Origin: Alphaproteobacteria bacterium
GTDB taxonomy: Bacteria > Pseudomonadota > Alphaproteobacteria > SP197
DNA: 64,000 bases
NCBI GenBank assembly: GCA_965228895.1
Contig: OZ245842.1
Location: forward strand, 3,200,001 to 3,264,000
Reading direction: 5' to 3'
This document shows, piece by piece, positions 17,768-27,858 of this stretch (positions are counted from its first letter, which is position 1; each line of letters begins with the position of its first letter). The notes below the pieces were generated by a model. That model did no database searches, was not told the DNA's origin, and was given only the letters and a program-made list of their open reading frames with translations. The position numbers were made by a program, and so were the translations under genes.

Positions 17768-19208
17768 GCGTATTCTCGACGAGCTGTTGTCCGAAGGACC
17801 GCTTCGCCCATTCGGCCTTGTCGAGTTTATCGGACGCCTCGATGTAGCTCTCCTGCAAGGCTCCAAGCTGCGCCGCGAACTCCGCACCATAGATAAATAG
17901 AGCGACCTCGTAGTTGAGCCACAGGCTGCGGTAGTCGAAGTTGGCGGTGCCGAACATCGACATCGTACCGTCGGCCATGATGGACTTCGTGTGCAACAGG
18001 CCATCGCGGAACAGGCGGATCTCGACGCCCAATTCGAGCAGATCGTCGTAATAGGACCGGCTGGCATGGCGCGCCCAGAATGAGTCGACGACCTCGGGCA
18101 CGATCAAGGTGACCTTGACGCCGCGGCCCGCGGCACCGCGCAGCGCCAACAGCATCGGCGGGTCGGGAATCAGGTAGGGTGTCGTCAAAATCAGGCGGTG
18201 GTGCGCCGCGTTGATGAGCGCTAGCAGCATCTGCAAGAGACCGTCTTTGGTCTCGACCGGCCCCGACGCGACGACTTGAACATCGGCCGGGCCGTTGGGC
18301 TCAACATGCTTGAGTTGCGTGTGATCGATGAGGTCATAGATCGATTCGCCGCTCTCAAGCACCCAGTCGCCGATCATCGTCGCGCCGAGCAGGGGTGCTG
18401 CCGCGCCGTCCAGACGCACCATCGCATCGACCCACTGGCCGACACCTTCGTTCTGTTTGAAGAGCCGAGGGTCCACCAGGTTCATGCTGCCGGTCCACGC
18501 CACCCGGCCGTCGACAACGACGATCTTGCGGTGAAGGCGCAGATCGGTGCGGCTGAAAAACGCGCGGATCGGCCCGACTGGCAGGGCAGGCAACACGTCG
18601 ACGCCGGCATCGCGCAACTGCTTTGGCTGTCCACTGGCCATCCAGGGCCGGCTGCCGATCGAATCGACCAGAACACGACAGGCGATACCGCGTCTGGCTG
18701 CGCGCAGCAACGCCTCAAAAACCAGGTCGGCCGCACCGCCTTCCTGCCAGATGTAGAACTCCATGAGAACGCTGGTTGCCGCGTTGTCGATGTCCCGCGC
18801 CATCGTCTGCAGGATCTGTTCGGCGTTGGAGAACAGTTCGAACTGGCTGCCACGCACCGTCGGACTGCCGGCGGTATGGCGGCCCAGTCGGTCGAGCCGT
18901 TCGGCGGCCGGCGGATGGCGCGACCAGTCGATATCAGTCAGGCCATCGCCGATGGCGGCCTGGTTGAGCTTGGCATAATCGAGACGAAGCGCCGCGATCT
19001 TGCGGCCACGCCGCATGCCGACCCGGCGCTCGCCGATCAGCAGATAGACGAGCGCGCCGATGAGAGGAAGTGCTGCAACCAGGATCAGCCACGCCAGCCC
19101 GACACCGGTTGTCGGGCGCGACATGATCACGCGAACGGCTATCGCGATGCCGATCACGAACAGAATAAGCAGAACCAGGGGGCCCGAAGCGGGAAAGAAT
19201 TCGATCAC
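17742..19208 (-). CDS. cls: Cardiolipin synthase (ClsA-type)
   Basis: Two N-terminal TM helices; two HKD motifs (LHRKIVVVD, LHTKSIMAD); GTANFDYRS. Confidence 0.93.
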   Translation of the reverse strand: MIEFFPASGPLVLLILFVIGIAIAVRVIMSRPTTGVGLAWLILVAALPLIGALVYLLIGERRVGMRRGRKIAALRLDYAKLNQAAIGDGLTDIDWSRHPPAAERLDRLGRHTAGSPTVRGSQFELFSNAEQILQTMARDIDNAATSVLMEFYIWQEGGAADLVFEALLRAARRGIACRVLVDSIGSRPWMASGQPKQLRDAGVDVLPALPVGPIRAFFSRTDLRLHRKIVVVDGRVAWTGSMNLVDPRLFKQNEGVGQWVDAMVRLDGAAAPLLGATMIGDWVLESGESIYDLIDHTQLKHVEPNGPADVQVVASGPVETKDGLLQMLLALINAAHHRLILTTPYLIPDPPMLLALRGAAGRGVKVTLIVPEVVDSFWARHASRSYYDDLLELGVEIRLFRDGLLHTKSIMADGTMSMFGTANFDYRSLWLNYEVALFIYGAEFAAQLGALQESYIEASDKLDKAEWAKRSFGQQLVENTLRLASPLL

Positions 19209-19415
19209 ACCGCATACTGCTCGACCCCCGATTGCCAATCAAGACTGGCATCCCGAGGCGACAAAACCTGAGGTATGGGCTCGGCCTGACGGCATCTGCT
19301 TCGCCGTCCGGGACGCCGCCTCGCGCTGCTAAGAACCGCAGCGTTTCAACCTAGAAGCGAGACCAGTAGTATGGTCAATCAATGGGCGCCGCGCGGCGAG
19401 CGAGGGGTAGGCATC

Positions 19416-21953
19416 ATGGCGGACGATACGTCGAAGGCGACCGAAGAGGCGCTTCAGCAATGGGCCGCGTCGAAGCAGGGCCTGACCAGCGACGAAGCCC
19501 AGAAGCGCCTGGCGCAATACGGCCCCAACGCGATCACGGCCAAGGAAGAGAGCCTCCTGAAAAAACTCCTCGGCTATTTCTGGGGTCCCATACCCTGGAT
19601 GATCGAGGCCGCCGCCCTGCTCTCGCTCCTGGTCCAGCACTGGATCGACTTCGCCATCATCATGGTGCTGCTGATCTATAACGCCGGCATCGGCTTTTGG
19701 CAGGAGCGCAAAGCTGCCAACGCGCTTGCCGCGCTGAAGAAAGGCTTGGCGCCGAAAGCCCATGTCGAACGCGACGGCGCGTGGTCGACCATTGATGCGG
19801 CCGATCTGGTGCCGGGTGACGTCGTGCGTTTGCGCCTGGGCGAAATCGTGCCGGCCGACGTCGCCCTGGTCAACGGCGACTATATCAGCATCGACCAATC
19901 GGCCCTGACCGGCGAATCGCTGCCGGTCAACAAGAAGGTCGGCGAGACCGCCTATTCCGGCAGTATCGCCAAACAGGGCGAGATGATCGCCGTCGTCACG
20001 GGCACGGGCGGCAACACGTTCTTTGGCCGGACCGCAAAACTGGTCGCGGGCGCCGGCGCAAAGTCGCATTCGCAACAGGCGGTCATGCGCATCGGCGACT
20101 TCCTGATCGTCATGGCGATCGGACTGAGCATTCTCTTGATCGGCTTCGAGCTCTACCGCGACATCGTGCTGCAAGATGCCTGGCACTGGAGCGACGCGGT
20201 CAAGATCCTGCAGTTCGTCCTGATCCTGGTCATCGCGTCGATCCCGGTTGCGATGCCCGCGGTGCTGTCGGTCACCATGGCTCTGGGCGCTCTGGCGCTA
20301 TCGAAGAAGAAAGCCATCGTCTCGCGCCTGGAAGGCATCGAGGAAATGGCCGGCGTCGACATTCTTTGTTCCGACAAGACGGGGACGCTGACCAAAAATC
20401 AGTTGACCCTGGGCGATCCCGTGGTGTTCGGCGGTGCGACGCCGGAGGCCTGCATTCTGGCCGGCGCGCTGGCGTCGAAGAAAGAGAACGACGACGCCAT
20501 CGATCTGGCGGTTATCGCCGGCGTGAAGGACCCGTCGGCCATGGCGGGCTACACCCAGACCGACTTCACGCCCTTTGATCCCGTGCACAAACGCACGGAA
20601 GCAACGATCACCGATGCCCAAGGCAACAAGGAGATGGTGACCAAGGGCGCGCCCCAGGTGATTACCGCGATGGCGAAGCTGGACAAGGCGACCGAGGAAA
20701 AGGCGCAGAAGGCGGTCGACGCCATGGCGGCCAAAGGCTTTCGTGCCCTGGGCGTGGCGCAGTCGAAGGACGGCGGCACGACCTGGACATTCCTGGGCAT
20801 CCTGCCGCTCTATGATCCGCCGCGCGATGACTCCAAGGAGACCATCCGACAGGCCCAGGAACACGGTCTGTCGGTAAAGATGGTAACCGGCGACGACGTC
20901 GCCATCGCCAGCGAGATCGCCGGCCAGTTGGGCATGGGGACGCACATCCAGGCCGCCAACGATCTCTTCAAGGAGGGCAGCGATCCCGACCACGTGTCGG
21001 ATCAGACGGCCGAGGCCATCGAGAAAGCCGAGGGGTTCGCGCGCGTCTTCCCGGAGCACAAATACGGCATCGTCAAGGCGCTGCAGAGGCGTGGCCATAT
21101 CGTCGCCATGACCGGTGACGGCGTGAACGATGCGCCGGCGCTGAAGCAGGCCGATTGCGGCATCGCGGTCAGCGGCGCGACGGATGCGGCACGCGCGGCG
21201 GCGGCGCTGATCCTGACCGCGCCGGGCCTTTCCGTCATCATCACGGCGATCGAAGAAGCACGGCAGATCTTCGAGCGCATCATGAGCTACACGATCTATC
21301 GCATCGCCATGACGATCGACATCATGTTCGTGGTCGTGCTGGCGACGATCTTCTTCGACTTCCGTCCCCTGACCGCCGTCATGATCATCGCGCTCGCCCT
21401 GCTCGACGACATCCCGATCATGACCATCGCCTACGACTACACGCGCATCGACAAGAAACCGGTGCGCTGGGAGATACGCCGCGTTCTCCTGTGTTCGTCG
21501 GTGATGGGCATCCTGGCGGTCGCCCAGAGTTTCGGCCTGTTGCTGATCGGCATGGCGTGGATGAACGATGCGAACCTGCAGGCATGGATCCCGATGGATC
21601 AGGCGCATCTCCAGACGGCGGTGTTTCTCCAGTTGGTCGCAGGCGGCCATTTGATGCTGTTCGTCACGCGTACCAAGGGTTTCTTCCTGGCCCCGCCGCT
21701 ACCCAGCTTGCCGCTGTTCGGCGCCATCTTCGGCACCCAGGTCTTCGCGGTCATGATGTGCGGCTTCGGCTGGCTGATGCCGGCCCTGCCGTGGGTCCTG
21801 ATCGCGCTGGTCTGGGGCTATGTCATCGTCTGGATGTTCATTCTGGACGTCGCGAAGCTTGGCCTTTACCGGCTGCTTGAGAACCGCGCGCATCACCGCA
21901 GCAAACATCTGGAAACGATGAGCCAGACGCTGCATCCGTACGCGCAACCCTGA
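19416..21953 (+). CDS. P3A-type plasma-membrane H+-exporting P-type ATPase
   Basis: TGES, IPVAMPAVLSVTMA, CSDKTGTLT, KGAPQ, FPEHKY, GDGVNDAPALK, LLDD in TM6. Confidence 0.93.
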   Translation: MADDTSKATEEALQQWAASKQGLTSDEAQKRLAQYGPNAITAKEESLLKKLLGYFWGPIPWMIEAAALLSLLVQHWIDFAIIMVLLIYNAGIGFWQERKAANALAALKKGLAPKAHVERDGAWSTIDAADLVPGDVVRLRLGEIVPADVALVNGDYISIDQSALTGESLPVNKKVGETAYSGSIAKQGEMIAVVTGTGGNTFFGRTAKLVAGAGAKSHSQQAVMRIGDFLIVMAIGLSILLIGFELYRDIVLQDAWHWSDAVKILQFVLILVIASIPVAMPAVLSVTMALGALALSKKKAIVSRLEGIEEMAGVDILCSDKTGTLTKNQLTLGDPVVFGGATPEACILAGALASKKENDDAIDLAVIAGVKDPSAMAGYTQTDFTPFDPVHKRTEATITDAQGNKEMVTKGAPQVITAMAKLDKATEEKAQKAVDAMAAKGFRALGVAQSKDGGTTWTFLGILPLYDPPRDDSKETIRQAQEHGLSVKMVTGDDVAIASEIAGQLGMGTHIQAANDLFKEGSDPDHVSDQTAEAIEKAEGFARVFPEHKYGIVKALQRRGHIVAMTGDGVNDAPALKQADCGIAVSGATDAARAAAALILTAPGLSVIITAIEEARQIFERIMSYTIYRIAMTIDIMFVVVLATIFFDFRPLTAVMIIALALLDDIPIMTIAYDYTRIDKKPVRWEIRRVLLCSSVMGILAVAQSFGLLLIGMAWMNDANLQAWIPMDQAHLQTAVFLQLVAGGHLMLFVTRTKGFFLAPPLPSLPLFGAIFGTQVFAVMMCGFGWLMPALPWVLIALVWGYVIVWMFILDVAKLGLYRLLENRAHHRSKHLETMSQTLHPYAQP

Positions 21954-21967
21954 CCGGAGCGACAGCC

Positions 21968-22816
21968 GTGAACTATGACAAGCAGTTCATCGTCAAGCCG
22001 GGCAGCAAGGTCGACTTGAGCAAGATCGATGCCGGCTTCAAGGACAAGCACGAGAGCCACGAAGACGCCCTGCCGGAAACCGAGGCCTATCGCGACAAGC
22101 TGCGCGACCTGCAGTTTCGCCTCTATGCCGAGGGCAAACAGTCGCTCTTGATCTGCCTGCAGGCGCTCGATGCCGCGGGCAAGGACGGCACCGTCAACCA
22201 CGTGTTGAGCGCCATGAACCCCCAGGGTTGCCGTGTTAATGGCTTCAAGCAGCCGAGCTCGGAGGAACTGGCGCACGATTTCCTGTGGCGCATCCACAAG
22301 GCGACGCCAGCCAAGGGCGAGGTCGCGATCTTCAACCGCTCGCACTACGAAGATGTGCTGGTGGTGCGCGTGCACGACCTCGTGCCGAAATCGGTGTGGT
22401 CGAAACGCTACGACCTGATCAACGACTTCGAGCGGCTGCTGGTCGATAACGGCACGAGGATCGTCAAGTTCTACCTGCATATCAGCGAGGACGAACAGCT
22501 TCGCCGTTTCAAACAGCGCATCGACGACCCCGCGCGCAACTGGAAGATCAGCGATGCCGACTACAAGGAACGCGCCTATTGGGCGGACTACCAGAAGGCC
22601 TACGAAGAGGCCCTAAGCAAATGCAGCACCGAGCACGCGCCTTGGTATGTCATCCCCGCGAACCACAAGTGGTTCCGTAACCTTGCGGTCTCGGAGATCA
22701 TCGTGAAGACGCTTGAAGCGATGGACCCGAAGATCCCCGCGCCGAGCGTTGATCTGGATGCCATCAAGAAGCAGTACCATGCCGCCGAGATCGCCGAGAA
22801 GGACGGCAAGGTGTGA
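21968..22816 (+). CDS. ppk2: Polyphosphate kinase 2 family protein (class III-like)
   Basis: QALDAAGKDG Walker A; HDFLWR, FNRSHYEDV, APWYVIPANHKW. Confidence 0.92.
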   Translation: MNYDKQFIVKPGSKVDLSKIDAGFKDKHESHEDALPETEAYRDKLRDLQFRLYAEGKQSLLICLQALDAAGKDGTVNHVLSAMNPQGCRVNGFKQPSSEELAHDFLWRIHKATPAKGEVAIFNRSHYEDVLVVRVHDLVPKSVWSKRYDLINDFERLLVDNGTRIVKFYLHISEDEQLRRFKQRIDDPARNWKISDADYKERAYWADYQKAYEEALSKCSTEHAPWYVIPANHKWFRNLAVSEIIVKTLEAMDPKIPAPSVDLDAIKKQYHAAEIAEKDGKV

Positions 22817-22846
22817 CATCCGTGCTGTTCGAATCATGGCGCACAC

Positions 22847-22970
22847 CCCCTCACCCAGCTCCGGCTAATGCGCTAACGCACTTAAGCCTGCACAACCCTC
22901 TCCCTCGCCGGGGAGAGGGAAAGACAAGCGGACTCCCTCTCCCCTTGAGGGAGAGGGTTGGGGTGAGGGG
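22847..22970. repeat. BoxC-like composite palindromic element
   Basis: Two CCCTCTCCC-N5/6-GGGAGAGGG hairpins (22896-22919, 22935-22957) enclosed by CCCCTCACCC/GGGTGAGGGG. Confidence 0.8.
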
Positions 22971-23000
22971 TCGGCACGATGGCGCGCCCAAAAGAACACC

Positions 23001-24215
23001 ATGACCATCATCTTCGTCGTCTTTGTCGTCGTTTATGTCGGCATGATCTTCGGCAGCTTGCCGGGGCTGAAGCTCGATCGTTCGGCGATTGCTTTGGTCG
23101 GCGCCATCGCGCTTCTGGCGACCGGTGTCATGAGCCGTGAACAGGCGGGCGCGTCAATCAATTTCTCGACCATCGGCCTGTTGTTCGGGCTGATGATCGT
23201 GTCGGCCAACTTCGACCTGTCGGGGCTCTATTCGGCGCTCTCCGACCGGATCGGCGCAATGGCGCTGGGACCGCGCGCGCTGTTGGCCGTGGTTGTCGGC
23301 CTGGCTGGTTTGTTGTCGGCACTGTTGACCAACGACGTGGTGGCGGTCGCACTGACACCGGTGCTGTTGGGCTACTGCATCGACCGTAAGCTCAACCCCG
23401 TGCCGTTTCTGCTGGCGCTTGCCTGCGGCACCAATGTCGGGTCGATCGCGACGATCATCGGCAGCCCGCAGAACATGCTGATCGGCCAGCACTTCGATCT
23501 CTCGTTCACGGCGTTCATGGGTTACACGGCGGTGCCGGCGATCGCCTCGATGGGAATCGTGTGGGCGGTGATCGGCTGGCAGTTCAAGCACGACTGGGAC
23601 CTGCCACACCACGTCAAAGCGAAACCCCTGAAGCACCGCCACTTCCGAAAAGGAGAGGCGATCAAGGGTGCGGTCGTCACAGCCATCGTGGTCGGGCTGT
23701 TTGTCGCGACCGACTGGCCGCGCGACCTGATCGCGCTCGCCGCCGGCGCCATCCTGCTGGCCAATGCGCATTTTGCCTCGCACAAGATGCTGCACCGGGT
23801 CGACTGGCAGCTTCTGGTGCTGTTCATCGGCCTCTTCGTCGTCAACGGCGCGCTGCAGCTGACCGGCCTGCCGCAAACCTGGATCGCCGACATGCGCGCC
23901 GCCGGTTTTGATCTGACGGACCCAGCGATCATCTTTGTCGTGACTGTCGTCTTGAGCGACATCGTGTCGAACGTACCGAGCATCATGCTGTTGCTGCCGT
24001 TCGCCGAGGACGCCAGCCTGGGCCCGGTCATGGCGATCGCCAGCGGCCTGTCGAGCAACCTGGTTGTCGTCGGCAGCCTGGCCAGCATCATCGTCGTCGA
24101 TGCGGCGGCGCGGCGCGGGTTGAAGATTTCGTTCTGGGCCTTCGCGCGCACCGGCGTTCCGATCACGCTGATGACGTTGCTGGCCGGCGCCGGTTGGTTG
24201 TGGTTCGTCTCGTGA
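23001..24215 (+). CDS. SLC13/ArsB/NhaD-type anion permease (YbiR-like)
   Basis: LDRSAIAL, LTND, NVGS..IIGSPQN, VDWQLL, VSNVP. Confidence 0.88.
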   Translation: MTIIFVVFVVVYVGMIFGSLPGLKLDRSAIALVGAIALLATGVMSREQAGASINFSTIGLLFGLMIVSANFDLSGLYSALSDRIGAMALGPRALLAVVVGLAGLLSALLTNDVVAVALTPVLLGYCIDRKLNPVPFLLALACGTNVGSIATIIGSPQNMLIGQHFDLSFTAFMGYTAVPAIASMGIVWAVIGWQFKHDWDLPHHVKAKPLKHRHFRKGEAIKGAVVTAIVVGLFVATDWPRDLIALAAGAILLANAHFASHKMLHRVDWQLLVLFIGLFVVNGALQLTGLPQTWIADMRAAGFDLTDPAIIFVVTVVLSDIVSNVPSIMLLLPFAEDASLGPVMAIASGLSSNLVVVGSLASIIVVDAAARRGLKISFWAFARTGVPITLMTLLAGAGWLWFVS

Positions 24216-24296
24216 CCAGTCTCAACGACCTTCGGCACAACACAGGCAGCGAGTCACCTACGACTGCATGTCAGCGTTGACATGGACCAGAGTTAA

Positions 24297-25364
24297 TCAT
24301 TCCCAAACACTAGCACTGGCGGCATCGTAGAAAGCTACCTCCATTTGAGATCGTTGACCTCTTAGTGCCGCCATGTTTTGAGCTTTGGCAACAATCGCTC
24401 GATTAGCGTCACTATTCGGATCTCCGAAGATGCTCACGTAGAGTTTTGCAAACTGACCCCTTGCCAGCCTGTTGAGAATGTGGTCGTCGCTTGAGCCAAG
24501 AGAATGCCCGTGTATGAAGAAACAATGGCGTCGTTGTCGAGCGTTTGCTGTCAACTGCTTGAAACCTTGATAGAGGTAAGCGTTGTGGCGAATTTTAGAC
24601 TTCTTCTGCGCGCTCTCTCCTTCTGCAACAAACAGAGGAAATTTGTTGTCGCCAATCGCAGCGCGAGCTTGGTCAATCAGGCGGTCATTGGTTCTGATCC
24701 ACGTGAATTTCTGCAGTTCGTTGCCAGCATCGAACAAGTGTAGCGCACCATGAAGGAAGTGAACTTTTGCATTGTGAGCGCCTACCTCACCTTGCCAAAC
24801 GACATAGTCAGCATCAGGGTCATCTTCATCGTTCCCAAATCCGTCGTTTGAAGTCAGTACTATCGGATCATCCTCGTCCGCATCCTCGTGCATCAGAGTC
24901 CAGTACAACAACAGGTCGTAGTTCAGAGTGAATACCTGACCATCGCCATTCTCCCCGAGGAAATGACTAAGGAACTGGCGGCATGACCAAAACTTCTGAT
25001 GGGGAACTTCCGCAGGAATGTTGGGGTGGTTGCCCGCAATAGTGGCCAACAAGATTTCCTTTAGCGCACTTGCATCACGCGTCATTCGCTCAGGAGCATC
25101 TCTCTCAGAAGGTGCATAAATCGGCGTGAGCTTCGCACCCGCTTCGAGGTTACGTATTGCAATCTCGAAATCTTGAGTTCCTAAGACGTCGAAAACCTTA
25201 GTTAACTCGGGATTCCCAGAAAAATCTGCTTCATTGAAAAGCGAGCCGTAGTGAAAGATGTCAGGACAACAGGCAATGCTAAAGCCATTGCCGAGCAGGA
25301 GATGACGTTTCGTATAGCCGGCGGAATCTGCAATCGCGTCACCGAACGAGATCAGGTCTACCAG
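24297..25364 (-). CDS. DUF4917 family SIR2-like protein (355 aa, inferred CTG start)
   Basis: Frame stays open 93 codons upstream of the track start, adding KRHLLLGNGFS; also FTLNYDLLLYW, FLHGALHL, PLFVAEG, GHSL..DDHI. Confidence 0.8.
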   Translation of the reverse strand: MVDLISFGDAIADSAGYTKRHLLLGNGFSIACCPDIFHYGSLFNEADFSGNPELTKVFDVLGTQDFEIAIRNLEAGAKLTPIYAPSERDAPERMTRDASALKEILLATIAGNHPNIPAEVPHQKFWSCRQFLSHFLGENGDGQVFTLNYDLLLYWTLMHEDADEDDPIVLTSNDGFGNDEDDPDADYVVWQGEVGAHNAKVHFLHGALHLFDAGNELQKFTWIRTNDRLIDQARAAIGDNKFPLFVAEGESAQKKSKIRHNAYLYQGFKQLTANARQRRHCFFIHGHSLGSSDDHILNRLARGQFAKLYVSIFGDPNSDANRAIVAKAQNMAALRGQRSQMEVAFYDAASASVWE

Positions 25365-25550
25365 TTCTTCTCACCACCTTTTTGTTTGCCGTTCGCGTGA
25401 TTCACACAACAGTCTACAACCAAACCGTGTAGAATGCGATGCTGATTTAGGGACGAGACCATGAACGCTACTGTAATCACAGAAAATTACCCTCTGGTAC
25501 GGTCAGAGCAATCCTTCGACAGTTAGATAGGCTTGAGGAATCGCCCTCTG

Positions 25551-27305
25551 CTATCCTGACGCCTGAGCAAAGGCGGTCTTGCCGCGCGCGATTTCGGCTT
25601 CCTCGGCGGCGGTCAGCGGGCGTGGTTCAAGCCAGCCGTGATAGCCGACAACCGGGCCGGCCAATGGCAGAGAAACATCGACATGGAAGTTGAAGCGGCC
25701 GTCCTCGACCGCCTCATGGGCGTCTGAGCGCGGCGCCAGCATCATGGGCATGGCGATGCCGAACAGCGACCAACGGCGCACGACGATGTGGAGACGGCCG
25801 TCGGCGACGACCAGCGCCAAGCCGACCGTGATCGCGCCGAACCGTTCGTTCAGCAGATAGGCCGAGCGGCCGCGCCCCTGGGATTGCAGACTCTCGAACG
25901 TCTGGCCGTCAAAATCGCGGTGCCAGGTCTCCTGCCCGTCCTCAGCCGTAAACGTCACCTTGACCGGGAGATCGTCACCGGCATCCGGGAAACCGATCAC
26001 ACGGCCGGCGAGCCGCGCCAGGAACCCCGTGCCGCGCGTCACCCTGGCCCTACCCTCGGCCACCATGGTGCCGTCCAGATCGTGCATTGCCTGGATCGGC
26101 GCGGGCAGATCGTCCCAGGCGCTGCCCAGAAGCCGGCGGTAAAGCGGCTGCTCGGCGGTCGACGGGCCTTCGTCGCGTACACCCCAACGCATGGAGAAAC
26201 GTTCGAAGAGCGTTTCGTAGTCCGCGAGGTCGACATCGTCGATCGCGGGTCGGGCGCCCGGTTCGGGCGTGCGGCCGGCAAGGCAGCGGCGCACGACCGC
26301 CGCGATCGCCATGGCCGGAACGAAGGGACCGTGATCGTCTTCGGCGATCAGGTGCCAGGTGCGTTCGGTGCGCGTGCCATCTTCGCCGCGCCCGGCGATG
26401 GCGACGAACATGCCACTGCGGTCCTCGCCCCAGCGCAGCCACGACGCCAGCCGTGCGATGATCGGCGCGAACAGCTTGAGCGGGGGCAACAGATGAAAGC
26501 GCACGAGGGTTGCGGCGATGTTGAAGCCGCGCTGCGGCAGGTCGGGACCCGGCGAAAAGCCGAACCAGATCGCCTTGAGGCCATGCCACTGCAACAGCAT
26601 AAGCTGGTTGTCGGGGACGTCGACCAGCGAGAACAGCCGGTTCTTCAGCGGCAGCACGCCCGGCGGCGCGATGGTCGAACGGCGGGTCTCGGCGAGCGCA
26701 TAACCGGTGACAGGCTGGCCGCGATAGATCAGATCGATCGGTTTGCCCGCGTAAGAGATGCCAGCGATGACAACGTTCTTGCCGAGCGTGGCGTGCGGCG
26801 ATGGCGCGATGCCGGCGGTGATCGTTTCGACCCGGGGCATCGGTTCGGTCAAATGGCGCATGACCGCCGACGATAGGGTTGGATAGGAACTGGCGCCGGT
26901 CAACACAAAGCACCCGCGTTCACGCGCCATGTCGTTGAACTGGCCGATGCCCATGACAAAAGCCGAAGCATCCGCCAGGTCGATATAGTTGACACCGCCG
27001 CCGATACAGGCGCGGACGAGTTTGTAAACGTCGCCGGGATAGTCCTGAAACGGGCCGGACGCATCGACCACCAGGTCGGGGTCATAGGCGCCGAGCGTCG
27101 CGATGATATCGCCGTCGCGATCAAAGACTGCGGGCTCTGCGTCGGCGTCGGCCAGATAGGTGTCGCAGAAGGCGCGCGCCTTTGTGATGTTACGGCCGGC
27201 GATCAGCAGCTTTAGACCGGGCTCATCGACCAGGAGGCGCGCCAGCCGGCCGCCGAACGTGCCGTAACCGCCGACAATCAACACCGTCAACTTGGTTTCG
27301 CTCAT
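25551..27305 (-). CDS. Saccharopine dehydrogenase-like oxidoreductase fused to DUF4166
   Basis: GGYGTFG, DASGPFQ, YIDLAD; C-terminal LYRRLLG..W..LP, ETWHRDF, YHGWL. Confidence 0.88.
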   Translation of the reverse strand: MSETKLTVLIVGGYGTFGGRLARLLVDEPGLKLLIAGRNITKARAFCDTYLADADAEPAVFDRDGDIIATLGAYDPDLVVDASGPFQDYPGDVYKLVRACIGGGVNYIDLADASAFVMGIGQFNDMARERGCFVLTGASSYPTLSSAVMRHLTEPMPRVETITAGIAPSPHATLGKNVVIAGISYAGKPIDLIYRGQPVTGYALAETRRSTIAPPGVLPLKNRLFSLVDVPDNQLMLLQWHGLKAIWFGFSPGPDLPQRGFNIAATLVRFHLLPPLKLFAPIIARLASWLRWGEDRSGMFVAIAGRGEDGTRTERTWHLIAEDDHGPFVPAMAIAAVVRRCLAGRTPEPGARPAIDDVDLADYETLFERFSMRWGVRDEGPSTAEQPLYRRLLGSAWDDLPAPIQAMHDLDGTMVAEGRARVTRGTGFLARLAGRVIGFPDAGDDLPVKVTFTAEDGQETWHRDFDGQTFESLQSQGRGRSAYLLNERFGAITVGLALVVADGRLHIVVRRWSLFGIAMPMMLAPRSDAHEAVEDGRFNFHVDVSLPLAGPVVGYHGWLEPRPLTAAEEAEIARGKTAFAQASG

Positions 27306-27751
27306 GCCAGGAACCGGTCGCGGTAATCGTTGTCGACGAGGTAACAGACCTCACGCCGGCCAAACAACCGGAAACGGTTGCGCGCCACGAGGTCGTAGAG
27401 CCAGTCGCGCCATGTCCGCGGCAGCAAACGAAACACACAGGCCAGCGACCAGGGAAAACCGAGCCCTTTCGCCATTCGGATCGATCCCTCCGACCTGAAC
27501 CAGGCGCGCCCGTCCTCGATCAGGATGTTGGTCTCGTAGTTCTCGGGGTCGAGACCGAGGTGCACATAAAGCGCGTGGCCCAACGGCGACTGGGCAGGCA
27601 GCAGTCGGTAACGGCCCTGCCGATCGTGTTTGAGGACGAACCGCGCCCAGCGCGAACAGAGAACGCAATGACCGTCGAAGACGATGACCGGCTTGTCATC
27701 GGGAAAGTCCGGAACGGCGGGATCCTCGCGATAGGCGTAGGCTGGCGTCAT
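27302..27751 (-). CDS. DCC1-like thiol-disulfide oxidoreductase (DUF393)
   Basis: FDGHCVLC, AQSPLG, YDLVARNRFRLFG; 4-nt overlap with the downstream gene. Confidence 0.9.
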   Translation of the reverse strand: MTPAYAYREDPAVPDFPDDKPVIVFDGHCVLCSRWARFVLKHDRQGRYRLLPAQSPLGHALYVHLGLDPENYETNILIEDGRAWFRSEGSIRMAKGLGFPWSLACVFRLLPRTWRDWLYDLVARNRFRLFGRREVCYLVDNDYRDRFLA

Positions 27752-27858
27752 GGCGCGGGACCATAGCATGATCGGTGAATGATCGGCGACGCGATGGACG
27801 GCGGCCCCAAAGCAACGCACAATCACCACGAAAACCGCCACGCTGAATGGGAACGACC

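Noticed and set aside
24216-25550. IS element or integrase-defined island
   Set aside because: No transposase, terminal repeats or target duplication found by eye
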